A DNA stretch of 64,000 nt, taken from contig JBDIWC010000008.1 in NCBI GenBank assembly GCA_039794085.1, positions 1-64,000 of the forward strand. Direction: 5' to 3'. Shown here one piece after another: positions 29,169-37,797 of the stretch. Source of the stretch: Gemmatimonadales bacterium (GTDB lineage: Bacteria > Gemmatimonadota > Gemmatimonadetes > Gemmatimonadales > GWC2-71-9). The translations under genes and the position numbers were made by a program. The first letter of the stretch is position 1; each line of letters starts with the position of its first letter. The notes under the pieces were generated by a model, which worked only from the letters and a program-made list of their open reading frames with translations, had not been told where the DNA came from and did not search any database.

Positions 29169-29409
29169 CTGCTGCTGCGGACGGTGCAGCAGAACCTCCG
29201 GTTGCGGCACTGTTCGCCCCGAACGGAGGAGAGCTATCTCCAGCGGGCTCGGCGATTCATCCGGTTCCGTGGCGGTGTGATCCGCGTGACCTGGGCAGTG
29301 CCGAGAGGCGGGCGTTCCTGACCTATCTGGCGGTGGAAGGGAGGATGGCGGGGGCCACGGCGGCCCAGGCCCGTTCCGCGCTCTCGTTCCTTCCCCGGCG
29401 GACCTGCTG
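29169..29409 (+). pseudogene. intI: Integron integrase remnant A (N-terminal domain, frameshifted, joined to a probable extreme C-terminus)
   Basis: LLRTVQQNLRLRHCSPRTEESYLQRARRFIRFRG, then DPRDLGSAERRAFLTYLAVEGRMAGATAAQARSALSFL, then PADLL. Confidence 0.85.
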
Positions 29410-29430
29410 GATCTGCCGCCCGCTGCAGGC

Positions 29431-29459
29431 TTTACAGATTACGTTGTGAGCGGTACACT
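29431..29459 (+). promoter_or_regulatory. Putative cassette promoter Pc-A
   Basis: TTTACA-N17-TACACT, 40 bp upstream of the crossover. Confidence 0.55.
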
Positions 29460-29469
29460 CTTCGGGGAT

Positions 29470-29506
29470 TCGGAGGTGCAGCGGGAGACCGATAAACAGG
29501 TTCGGC
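29470..29506 (+). other. attI-like site A (crossover GTTCGGC at 29500)
   Basis: Cassette begins GTTCGGCGG and ends CCACCGAAC (8/9 complementary); no attC upstream. Confidence 0.65.
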
Positions 29507-29561
29507 GGACAAGGGAGCAGGATGGTGAAGGTGGTTGGAGGTCAGGGCAAAGGAGCAAGGC

Positions 29562-29813
29562 GTGACTCGAGTTCAGATTCGTTCGTGCGCTCACTGAGTG
29601 ACTCGCCTGCATGCCGTCCGTGTGGCGGCGCGAGTGCGGCGCGAACTCAGAGTTGAGGTAGACGTGGTCGGTGGCCCGTACGGGCAGTTCGGAGTGGAGG
29701 TCGACGGGAGGACGGTGCTTGAGGGCAGCCGGCTGGCGATGCTGGGCATCCTTCCGTCTGCGGACCAGGTGCTCGCTGCGGTACGACAGGAATTGGCGAA
29801 GGAGTCTTCGTGA
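29562..29813 (+). CDS. SelW/Rdx-family selenoprotein (CxxU), cassette-borne
   Basis: AGGAG RBS and GTG 29562; MTRVQIRSCAH-UGA(29595)-VTRLHAVRVAARVRREL...GGPYGQFGVEVDG; hairpin 29601-29635. Confidence 0.75.
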
Positions 29814-29902
29814 TCACCGACCGAGTCCATCTGTCGACTGCGTCGCCGATCCAAGGCATGGCCTTGGCAAGCCGATCCGGTTGTGCGCCTTGCATGTTCA
29901 CC

Positions 29903-30004
29903 ACCGAACAAGCCGCTTCAGCTGCCGGACGCCGCGCGACGGTTTGAGAAAGCTCGAGAGGTGGGCGCTTGCGGCGCTTGCAGCTGAACGGCAGGGCGTT
30001 CGGC
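29903..30004 (+). other. attC site
   Basis: R'' ACCGAAC; GCCGCTTCAGCTGC pairs with GCAGCTGAACGGC leaving one extrahelical base; R' GTTCGGC. Confidence 0.85.
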
Positions 30005-30029
30005 TGCGGCTCGTCGAAGGAGTTAGAGC

Positions 30030-30596
30030 ATGACTGGTATCGTCGCGTCAATCAGCGCCGAGTTCCTGCGCTACAAAGCCTACGCCGAGGGCGCCCTGGG
30101 CCAAGTGGACGACCGTGAGCTGACCACACGGGCGCCCGGTGGCGGCAACTCCATCGCGATCATCTGCTGGCACGTCGGCGGCAACCTCCGCTCGCGATTC
30201 ACGGAGTTCCTGTCCACCGATGGCGAGAAACCTTGGCGCAACCGGGAGGAGGAGTTCGGCGAGCGGTCGGTGACCCGCACGGAGGTTGTGGCGCACTGGG
30301 AGGAGGGGTGGGCGGTCCTCCTCTCGACCCTCGCGGCGCTTACGGACGCAGACCTGGCCAGGACGGTCACGATTCGCAATCAGCCGCTGCAGGTGTCCGA
30401 GGCCTTGCACCGCTCACTGGCCCATTTGGCCTATCACGTTGGTCAAGTCGTCTTGCGGGCACGGGAGCTCCGTGGGGATGCCTGGCAGTTCCTGAGCATT
30501 CCCCCGGGCCAGTCGGCCGCGTACAATGCGACGCCGGTCTTCGAGAAGGCGGCTGCCCATGCAGCCCAGTTGCGCGGGCGCGCCTCGCCTCGCTGA
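30030..30596 (+). CDS. DinB-like / DUF1572 family protein (cassette)
   Basis: NSIAIICWHVGGNLRSRFTEFLSTDGEKPWRNREEEF and HLAYHVGQ motifs; followed by R'' GCCTAAC at 30608 with the rest of the attC lost. Confidence 0.85.
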   Translation: MTGIVASISAEFLRYKAYAEGALGQVDDRELTTRAPGGGNSIAIICWHVGGNLRSRFTEFLSTDGEKPWRNREEEFGERSVTRTEVVAHWEEGWAVLLSTLAALTDADLARTVTIRNQPLQVSEALHRSLAHLAYHVGQVVLRARELRGDAWQFLSIPPGQSAAYNATPVFEKAAAHAAQLRGRASPR

Positions 30597-30772
30597 GGGT
30601 CGCAGCAGCCTAACATGCGGCCGGGGTCCGAGCCGACCTCGGCGACGCTCCGGTACCGGGGCTGCATAACATGTGCTTCCTGCTGCCGCGGGCAGAGGCG
30701 ACCTTTGAGGAGCCACCGCGGCTCCTCCCGGTGCCTCGCCGACCTCTCGCCGTGCGGGCGATGGCGGCACGC

Positions 30773-31171
30773 TCACCGGAGTGAGTCGAGATACCGGGCG
30801 GGAGTCAGCACCCGCACACCGAGAACCTCCCGGCCCAGGAACGGTCCGAAGTCCCGCAGGTCCCCCGTGATCAGGTGGGTGGCGCTCGCGGCGACCGCCC
30901 CCGCCAGAATCGGCCAGTCCTTTTCCCGGAGCTCAATGGTCTTTCGAAGCGCCGAGTCCAGGGTCAGGGCCCGCTTCACCGTCATGGCCTTGAGGAGACC
31001 GTCGAGTCGCGCGAGCTGGTCCGCCGTGGTGAGGTTGCGTCGAGCCTCTGCCACCGCGTAGTCCGACGTGAGCAAGGTGACCCCGGGAAGATCCCAGAGC
31101 CGCCGGACGCCGGCATCCGGACGCCAGGCAGCAGAGAACAGGACGTTGGCGTCCAGAAACAGCCGATCCAA
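30773..31171 (-). CDS. PIN-domain (VapC-like) toxin
   Basis: LFLDANVLFSA, EARRNL, KDWPILAGA and LITGD motifs. Confidence 0.88.
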   Translation of the reverse strand: MDRLFLDANVLFSAAWRPDAGVRRLWDLPGVTLLTSDYAVAEARRNLTTADQLARLDGLLKAMTVKRALTLDSALRKTIELREKDWPILAGAVAASATHLITGDLRDFGPFLGREVLGVRVLTPARYLDSLR

Positions 31172-31174
31172 GGG

Positions 31175-31474
31175 TCAGGCGTTCTCGGGACGTTCATGGG
31201 GAATGGCGTCGGGGTCGAGGCCCAGCGCCCGAACTTCGGCCACGGCGCGAGCATAGTCCCCGGCGTCAACGGCGTTGGAGAGGAGAAATTCCGCCTTCCG
31301 CTCGGGACCGTATATCTCCAGTGCGACCGTCATCGCGGGCCGCAGGAGAATGCCCTCCGGGGTCTCCTCGGCGATGATCTCGGATCCCTCTTCAATCCCA
31401 AAGAGCCGCCGAAGCTCGGCCGGAATGACCAGGGTGCCGCGCTTTCCGACGCGTCCATGTTCTCTGACTGGCAT
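31175..31474 (-). CDS. AbrB/MazE/SpoVT-family antitoxin
   Basis: VGKRGTLVIPAELRRLFGIEEG...EGILLRP. Confidence 0.9.
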   Translation of the reverse strand: MPVREHGRVGKRGTLVIPAELRRLFGIEEGSEIIAEETPEGILLRPAMTVALEIYGPERKAEFLLSNAVDAGDYARAVAEVRALGLDPDAIPHERPENA

Positions 31475-31483
31475 ACCGTTCTC

Positions 31484-31510
31484 CTGATACTCTGAATGTA
31501 AGAATATCAG
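31484..31510. promoter_or_regulatory. Inverted-repeat operator of the TA operon
   Basis: CTGATACTCT-N7-AGAATATCAG (9/10) just upstream of the antitoxin start. Confidence 0.55.
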
Positions 31511-31613
31511 TCGATGTGGTCAAGGCCTCAGTGGGCACCCTCCACCTCGTCGGTGGAACCGTCCGGTGTCCACGCTGTTCAGGTGGACTCGCGGACATCG
31601 CGAGAGTTCAAGT

Positions 31614-31996
<383 letters not shown>

Positions 31997-32008
<12 letters not shown>

Positions 32009-32083
32009 GTTGCGGATCGTACATTCTCTCACGACTGGGCTGTCGGGGGGCACGTTCCCCTGCAGCTCCAATACTTGTTAGGC
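31997..32083 (+). promoter_or_regulatory. Pc-like promoter plus attI-like site B (crossover GTTAGGC at 32077)
   Basis: TTGCGG-N17-TACATT; GCAGCTCCAATACTTGTTAGG shared with copies C and D. Confidence 0.75.
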
Positions 32084-32101
32084 ATCATACCGAGGTAGCG
32101 T

Positions 32102-32773
32102 GTGACGACCACCTCCCCCTTCCCTAGAGCCGTTGAGGCCGCACAGAGCTACCGCCGTCGAGTTGGGCCGCGGCTTCGACAGAGTCAGACGGCTGCTCTT
32201 GACGAAGTGGATGCGCGGCTCCAGCGTCTAGACGCGGAATACGCGGAGCTGGTGTCCCTGAATAGTCTGCTGCTAGCTCAGGATGGGCAGGGACTCGTGA
32301 TGCACCGCAATCCCGTCAGCGGAGAGGTCACAGTCAGGTTCGGCAGTGCGGGGCCGGGATTCACGCTCCAGCCTGCAGATCCAGCCGTACCAATCGAACT
32401 TGACAGCCACTCACGAGTTGGCGGGTATTTGCCGGGAAGCTCTTCTGCGGACGGTGCCGAGACCCCAGGTTACAAAAGGCGAATGGAGGAGTTGCTAGAG
32501 GCTTTTTACAGCGGTGCCCATAGGATTCAGAAATTGATGCGGGAGGTTCTGGGTAAGCCGCATAAAGGATCGATGGGCATAACGACAGTTCGGAACCATC
32601 TCGTCGAGCATCCCTCCACAGGCTCGTTGTATTCCTTTGGCTACTCCACTAATGGGCCCGTCGTGAAGCCTATCCAGCGCGGCCAGCCGGAATGGATCGA
32701 CGCTGGCCTGTTCGCAAACGCCGAGGAATTTGTTACTTCGCTCGAGACTGCTTTTGGTGGAGCGATGCACTGA
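32102..32773 (+). CDS. Hypothetical cassette protein, possibly HEPN-like
   Basis: GAGGT RBS; RNHLVEH motif; cassette GTTAGGCATCA...TGATGCCTAC. Confidence 0.75.
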   Translation: MTTTSPFPRAVEAAQSYRRRVGPRLRQSQTAALDEVDARLQRLDAEYAELVSLNSLLLAQDGQGLVMHRNPVSGEVTVRFGSAGPGFTLQPADPAVPIELDSHSRVGGYLPGSSSADGAETPGYKRRMEELLEAFYSGAHRIQKLMREVLGKPHKGSMGITTVRNHLVEHPSTGSLYSFGYSTNGPVVKPIQRGQPEWIDAGLFANAEEFVTSLETAFGGAMH

Positions 32774-32774
32774 T

Positions 32775-32870
32775 GCCTACCCCGCGCTTCCTGCCGACGG
32801 CGCGGTCAGGTTCAGCCCGTTGGCATTAGAATCCAGTGGCGCGCCGCAGCAGAAGCGCGCTGCGTTAGAG
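32775..32870 (+). other. attC site
   Basis: R'' GCCTACC (variant); GCGCTTCCTGC pairs with GCAGAAGCGC; R' GTTAGAG. Confidence 0.8.
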
Positions 32871-32904
32871 AGCGCCACAGCAACCGACAGTGTGGGCGAG
32901 GGCA

Positions 32905-33966
32905 ATGAAGACGATCCTCGATATCGTGCAGGAGTTCCGGGAGTCTGACCCGCCGCTGACCTATTTGGGCCAGGACGAGTCAGTGGCCTACGGCAAGTTC
33001 CTTGAGTTCGAGGTGCTGGACTGGAACGGAACGACGCGGATCGTCCCGAGCGAGGCCCTGAATCTCCCAGGGCGCCCTGGCAACCGCTCCTTCATGTACA
33101 GAGGCCAAACGACTCGTTACCCGACTTGTCAGGCATCCCTGCTTCGAGGTGCACCGGACGACGAGTGGCAGGTCAAGGCGCTTTTGACCCTTGAGCGTTT
33201 CCGTGTGGCGGAACTTGAGCTTGTTCTTCGCGAACACCCCTTCAAGGCGGTAGTGGACAAGCGCGGATTCCACGTCGACTACCACGGTCTCGCTCAGCAC
33301 TACGGCATCCCCACGTCATTGTTGGACCTGACTTCGAACGTGGAAGTTGCGGCCTTCTTCGCCGTCGCGAGGTGGGATCGCGAGGCGGGGTCCTTCCGTC
33401 CGATGGAGAGCGGAACCGGTGTCATGTATCGCTTCGACTGGGCTGCGTTCGGCCCGGAGTACGCGAAGTTCTTCGAGCCAGTCGGGTTCGGACCAGGACT
33501 GAGACCCGCCCGCCAGCACGCATGGACGTTTCGGCTGCGGCACGGCGTCGACTTTCAGAATGTCCCCCACGTGTCGGCGTTCGAATTCAGCCATTCCAAG
33601 GCAGCGTCTCTCGAGATGTTCGAGAGGTTCGACGGCGGCGCATGGCTGTACCCGCCGAATTGTCTGGCCTCGCTCGTCGAGAAGCTTCGGGACTTGCCAT
33701 TCGTGACGATGCACGCGATCCGACACGCCGCGAAGCAGGACGGCCAGAGGTCGGAAGACATAGAGACGGGCGCGGAAAGAGCGGCCCACTTCCTCAACGC
33801 CAAGCTGGGCCTGGACATCGTGGACGGGTACGAGCTTCAACCCGAGGAGGAAGATCTTGCGGTCGCCCAGCAGCAAGCATCCGCGCTGGACGAGTCGCTT
33901 GGAACGTTACGCTTCGGGTGGCGGCTTGTTCGGACGGCGGGCAGCGACGACGAGCCGGCGCGGTGA
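32905..33966 (+). CDS. FRG-domain protein (cassette)
   Basis: MYRGQ...LAQHYGIPTSLLDLTSNVEVAAFFA FRG signature. Confidence 0.9.
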   Translation: MKTILDIVQEFRESDPPLTYLGQDESVAYGKFLEFEVLDWNGTTRIVPSEALNLPGRPGNRSFMYRGQTTRYPTCQASLLRGAPDDEWQVKALLTLERFRVAELELVLREHPFKAVVDKRGFHVDYHGLAQHYGIPTSLLDLTSNVEVAAFFAVARWDREAGSFRPMESGTGVMYRFDWAAFGPEYAKFFEPVGFGPGLRPARQHAWTFRLRHGVDFQNVPHVSAFEFSHSKAASLEMFERFDGGAWLYPPNCLASLVEKLRDLPFVTMHAIRHAAKQDGQRSEDIETGAERAAHFLNAKLGLDIVDGYELQPEEEDLAVAQQQASALDESLGTLRFGWRLVRTAGSDDEPAR

Positions 33967-33972
33967 GGCGCT

Positions 33973-34036
33973 ATCTAACACACTGTTGCAGCGGACAGTC
34001 CGCTGCACGGCCCGCCGCTGACTCGGCGCGTTAGTC
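33973..34036 (+). other. attC site
   Basis: R'' ATCTAAC; CAGCGG/CCGCTG arms; R' GTTAGTC; GGCGCTATCTAAC complements the cassette start GTTAGAGAGCGCC (12/13). Confidence 0.8.
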
Positions 34037-34060
34037 GTCAGCACTTGCCTGGAAGCAGCT

Positions 34061-35098
34061 ATGGTCCTTGATCCCGAGACAATCATCGCGACTGCAGCCC
34101 TAAGCGAAGTGGGTAAGGGGGTCGTCAAGGGGCTCTCCCAGCTCGGTCGCAAGTGGATAACGGACCTGTTCGGAGACACCAAGGGCCCGGCCGTGGCGAA
34201 AGCCGAGAGCAACATGGCCGCGTTCCTCATTCAGCTTGCAACCAGGATTGGCCGTCTCGAGCAAGCAGCTGCTGATTCGGCTGCCCTCGAGGCCCGCCTA
34301 CGTGACGCCCAAGCGGACCCGGACGTTCTCGTCACCACCAAACTGGCTGTCCTCGCTGCGGCCCGGTCCTCCGATTCTACCAAGCGTGATCTGCTCGTTG
34401 AAGTCGTCACCCGACGCATTGCCTCGGCATCGGAATCAGCAGAGGCTATTGCCGCGAACGTAGCGGCAGAAGCTGTTCCAAGAATGAACGCAGCCGACCT
34501 CGACACGGTTGGCCTCCTCGCCCTCGTAGCAGGGGTCCGACCGAGCATCCTGCCCCCCGATTCTCCCCCGCCCGATAAGCCTGACAACGCGCCTCTTGTG
34601 GGAATTGGCCGGTGGTACTGGGCAGCGACGCAGGAGCTAATCGCTGACCTTTGGTCCGGTCACGATCGACTCCTGCACTTGGCATCGATTGGTCTTTGCT
34701 CTATCCACCTTGGTCTCAGGCGCGATCTATTCGATGAACTGCGACGCGGAATACCTTCATGCCAAGGCCTTGCCGAGGGCCACCACATTGTTGACATCAA
34801 TCGGTTCCTCACGTTCTTTGACGCAGGCAGGAATCTGAGGCGTGCATGGCTTCAAGGAATGCAGGAAGCGCTGTTGACCCCCGCTGGCATTCTCATTGGC
34901 AGGACTGTCGTTGACATCCGGCTGCCAACAGACGTTCCCAACCGGAGGTGGGTATCGGACGCGAGCGCGCTACGGGAAGCCCTAGCCAGGTCATCGCCCT
35001 GGGATGGCCATACCCTAAATAGGCGTTTTGTGGAACTCCTTGATCAGGAGCTTGCAAGGCGGGTCACCGAGGCGAAGCGCGCGCAAGGGCGGCTCTGA
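34061..35098 (+). CDS. Hypothetical cassette protein, LPO_1073/Vpar_1526-like
   Basis: DPDVLVTTKLAVLAAARSSDSTKRDLLVEVVTRRI pattern; sits between attC sites. Confidence 0.7.
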   Translation: MVLDPETIIATAALSEVGKGVVKGLSQLGRKWITDLFGDTKGPAVAKAESNMAAFLIQLATRIGRLEQAAADSAALEARLRDAQADPDVLVTTKLAVLAAARSSDSTKRDLLVEVVTRRIASASESAEAIAANVAAEAVPRMNAADLDTVGLLALVAGVRPSILPPDSPPPDKPDNAPLVGIGRWYWAATQELIADLWSGHDRLLHLASIGLCSIHLGLRRDLFDELRRGIPSCQGLAEGHHIVDINRFLTFFDAGRNLRRAWLQGMQEALLTPAGILIGRTVVDIRLPTDVPNRRWVSDASALREALARSSPWDGHTLNRRFVELLDQELARRVTEAKRAQGRL

Positions 35099-35143
35099 CG
35101 GCTGCCGCCACACCCCCCGCAGCTCAAATCCAGCTCGTTACGT
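35095..35143 (+). other. Degenerate attC (left arm largely deleted)
   Basis: CTGACGGCT echoes the cassette start GTTAGTCGTCAG; right arm CCGCAGCTCAAATCCAGCTC-GTTACGT remains. Confidence 0.55.
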
Positions 35144-35163
35144 TGCATCCCGAGGTGCCTAGA

Positions 35164-35775
35164 ATGACCTACTACGATATCGATCGCCTTCGTCGCCTAC
35201 CTCTGACAACAGGTCTGCTGCTACTGACCTGGTCTGCGGCAGCTGTGAGTATCGTGGCGCCCGCGAACGTGCAAATCCTCGGCCTGCCATTCTCGATTGG
35301 CCGCCCGGAACTCCTTCCGATTGGCCTGGCCGTCGCGGCAGTCTACGGCGGGCTCCGCTACTACTACTATGCGATGATGCTCGAGCTGAGTCCCTATCGC
35401 CGCCGCCGCGACCTCCTTGATGGGCTTTGGGCAAAGGGGACAAAGAAGCCCGGCCTGAGTGGAACCTACTGGGGGCCAATAGCCTTCGAGGGATCGAGGT
35501 CGTTCGGGAAGTCTTCTGAGGCAGAAGCATACGGGAAAGAAGTAGCCTTGGCATTTCCGAAGTTTGCAGGTGCGCGAGTTACGTCACGAGCTGAGTATCG
35601 CCCAGGCGTTGACCAAGATGGGGATGAGTACACGAGTTTCGAGGTCTTTCTGAACATTCCCGTGCGTTGTCGCGCGGCCGCCCTTCTTCAAGATCTAGAC
35701 TACTCCTCGCCAGCATGGCTGCCGTTGTCTAGCGTGCTGCTGTACGTCCTACGTTCTCTGCCGAACGCCACCTAG
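35164..35775 (+). CDS. Hypothetical membrane protein (cassette)
   Basis: GAGGT RBS; two N-terminal and one C-terminal hydrophobic helices. Confidence 0.75.
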   Translation: MTYYDIDRLRRLPLTTGLLLLTWSAAAVSIVAPANVQILGLPFSIGRPELLPIGLAVAAVYGGLRYYYYAMMLELSPYRRRRDLLDGLWAKGTKKPGLSGTYWGPIAFEGSRSFGKSSEAEAYGKEVALAFPKFAGARVTSRAEYRPGVDQDGDEYTSFEVFLNIPVRCRAAALLQDLDYSSPAWLPLSSVLLYVLRSLPNAT

Positions 35776-35906
35776 CAGAGGGTGACAGTCTGGCAGCCGG
35801 GAGGCGCTCCTCTTCCGGCGTCGCGGCCGTGCCCACATGTTGATTGGTGGATGGCGCGGCCGCTCAGTTCCCAGACGGCTGCCGCTGAAACCCAAAGTCG
35901 TTAGCA
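35770..35906 (+). other. attC site (long, partly degenerate)
   Basis: R'' ACCTAGC (variant); GGCAGCCG/CGGCTGCC and GCGGCCG arms; R' GTTAGCA at 35900. Confidence 0.65.
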
Positions 35907-36340
35907 GCCCGGAGTGCCAGCGCGGGGCAGCATCGAAGCCTGGGGATCGCCGGTCAGGTGATCCCGGATCATCCGCCGCAACAGCTTTCCTGAGGGTCCC
36001 CGAGGCAGCATCGGCGCAAAGAGAACCCGGCGCGGAACCTTGTAGGGCGCGAGACGCCCCCGGCAGTGGGCAATAAGGGACTCGGCTCCGGCCTCCACGC
36101 CGGGACCAAGGACCACAACCGCCACCACCTCCTCATCGAGCCGGTGATCGGGCACGCCCACCACGGCCACATCGGCCACGGCGGGATGGCCCAGCAGCGC
36201 CTCCTCCACCTCCCGCGGCGACACATTGAATCCGCCATGGAGGATGAGATCCTTCTTCCGGTCCACGATGAAATAGTCCCCGTCCTCATCCCGCGTCGCG
36301 ATGTCCCCGGTCCGGAGCCATCCATCATGAAGCGCCTCGG
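35901..36340 (-). pseudogene. Diverged duplicate of the 3' 440 bp of the acyl-CoA ligase gene
   Basis: Colinear with 39536-39975, no indels, scattered substitutions. Confidence 0.92.
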
Positions 36341-36690
36341 ATGTTCGTGCGTTTCTGGGATGGTTGGCGGAGCAGCGCCGGGTGGCGGCCTCGATTCAGA
36401 ACCAGGCTGGGGGTATAGCGGAGCTCCGAACGAAGTATCCGGCGGCGGGCCGGTCGTGGTCCGGGCAGTGGCTCTTTCCGGCGAGAAACGACGTCGCGTC
36501 AATCCTTCGCCACCCACCTTCTCGAACGAGGCTACGATATCCGGACGATCCAGGCACTGCTGGGTTATCGGGATCTGTCCAGCACGATGATCTACACTCA
36601 CGTCCTGAACCGGGGAGGCCAAGGAGTCCGGAGTCCGGTGGACGACCTGGCGGAGGGGTCCGGTCCGGCCGTCTTGCGGAACCAGGCTGC
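36340..36690 (+). pseudogene. intI: Integron integrase remnant C (internally deleted)
   Basis: DVRAFLGWLAEQRRVAASIQNQA / [20 protein letters not shown] / [49 protein letters not shown]. Confidence 0.9.
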
Positions 36691-36761
36691 GGACCGTACA
36701 ATCTCTCACGAATGGGCTGTTCGAGGGCATGTTCCCCCGGCAGCTCCAATACTTGTTAGGC
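36674..36761 (+). promoter_or_regulatory. Pc-like promoter plus attI-like site C (crossover GTTAGGC at 36755)
   Basis: TTGCGG-N17-TACAAT; invariant 21-mer ending in the crossover core. Confidence 0.75.
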
Positions 36762-36806
36762 GTGTTCGATCGGCTGCTCGACAACCCGGCCTCAAGGGGA
36801 TAATCA

Positions 36807-37034
36807 ATGACGTACAAAGTGGTTCCGTTCAATGCAGCTCTCGGAAACTTGGAGGATGCCTCCCACCTTGCCGCACACATCGAGGGGATCATTACCAGCC
36901 ATGCGGCCGACGGGTGGGAATACGTTGGCGTTCATCAGCTCCAGACGTTCAAGGCAGGGTCGGGTGGGTGCTTCGGTCTTGGGGCTACTCCACCGACGAC
37001 CGTCGCGACGGAGTTCGTTGTGTTCAGGAAATGA
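36807..37034 (+). CDS. Small hypothetical protein (DUF4177-like), cassette gene 1
   Basis: YKVVPF...ADGWEYV...FVVFRK; ATGA-coupled to the next gene. Confidence 0.7.
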   Translation: MTYKVVPFNAALGNLEDASHLAAHIEGIITSHAADGWEYVGVHQLQTFKAGSGGCFGLGATPPTTVATEFVVFRK

Positions 37035-37360
37035 GGCATCTTTTTCTCCTCCTGATTCGTGCGTACTGGGCCTTCTGGCCACACGGACTCAGGCGGCAGT
37101 GTCTCTATCGCGAGTCCTGCTCGCGACATGTGTACCGTGTCGCGAACGAGGTAGGAGCGTCTGCTGGTTTTCGAGCCCTGCTCTACCGCGTCCGGAAATG
37201 CCGACCTGGTTACACCATGTCCGCCAGTGAGACCGGAATGGGCCTTCTTCTGCGAGACGGGTCGTTCCTACCAGGGCACATGGTCGCCCCTGGTGTGATC
37301 ACGAGAGTGCCCAGTCCTCGGCGCGGGGCCGACTGGCGCACTCACGGACGAAACGCTTAA
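37031..37360 (+). CDS. YidD/haemolytic-domain-like protein, cassette gene 2
   Basis: LLLIRAYW...[12 protein letters not shown]...RVRKCRPG three-Cys pattern. Confidence 0.75.
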   Translation: MRHLFLLLIRAYWAFWPHGLRRQCLYRESCSRHVYRVANEVGASAGFRALLYRVRKCRPGYTMSASETGMGLLLRDGSFLPGHMVAPGVITRVPSPRRGADWRTHGRNA

Positions 37361-37418
37361 CTTCCAAATGGAGCCGACGAGCGCTGGCTCATAGACGCGC
37401 GCAGCTCATTTTTGCACG
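37355..37418 (+). other. attC site lacking an intact R'
   Basis: R'' GCTTAAC complements the cassette start GTTAGGCGT; AAATGGAGC/GCTCATTT L boxes. Confidence 0.65.
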
Positions 37419-37536
37419 CCCTATGTCGCAGTAGCCGACAGCGGCGGCTAGAACCTCAATGAACCAGACCACCGGTTCAACGATCCGCCTGTGCACGCGT
37501 TAGCGGGCGCCTTCTTGCTCACCTAACCACTGTTTG

Positions 37537-37679
37537 GGACGATCCTGGAATTCCTGGGTCATCGGGATGTGTCCACGACGATGATCTACCCGCACGTCCT
37601 GAACCGGGGAGGCCGAGGGGTCCGGAGTCCGGTGGACAACCTGGCGGAGGGGTCCGGCTCGGCCGTCTTGCGGAATTAG
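37537..37679 (+). pseudogene. intI: Integron integrase remnant D (last ~45 codons)
   Basis: [50 protein letters not shown]. Confidence 0.9.
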
Positions 37680-37755
37680 GCTGCGGACCGTACAATCTCT
37701 CACAAATGGGCTGTTCGAAGGGCATGTTCCCCTGCAGCTCCAATACTTGTTAGGT
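37668..37755 (+). promoter_or_regulatory. Pc-like promoter plus attI-like site D (crossover GTTAGGT at 37749)
   Basis: TTGCGG-N17-TACAAT; invariant 21-mer ending in the crossover core. Confidence 0.75.
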
Positions 37756-37797
37756 GGACAGTCTGACATGACCCCCAGCACGCGATGAGGAGACGAG

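Noticed and set aside
35901..36266. 121-aa ORF as a functional acyl-CoA ligase
   Set aside because: It covers only the C-terminal fragment, with no AMP-binding core or evident RBS
35901..36340. fadD duplicate as a simple exact-repeat assembly error
   Set aside because: The copies differ at many positions; a strain chimera remains possible and needs long reads
36587..37360. 257-aa ORF fusing the intI tail to the YidD-like gene
   Set aside because: It arises from TAG-to-CAG loss in remnant C; the YidD-like gene has its own coupled ATG at 37031
37499..37527. GTTAGCG...ACCTAAC as an intact mini-cassette
   Set aside because: The ends are not complementary and no attC arms follow; probably cassette debris
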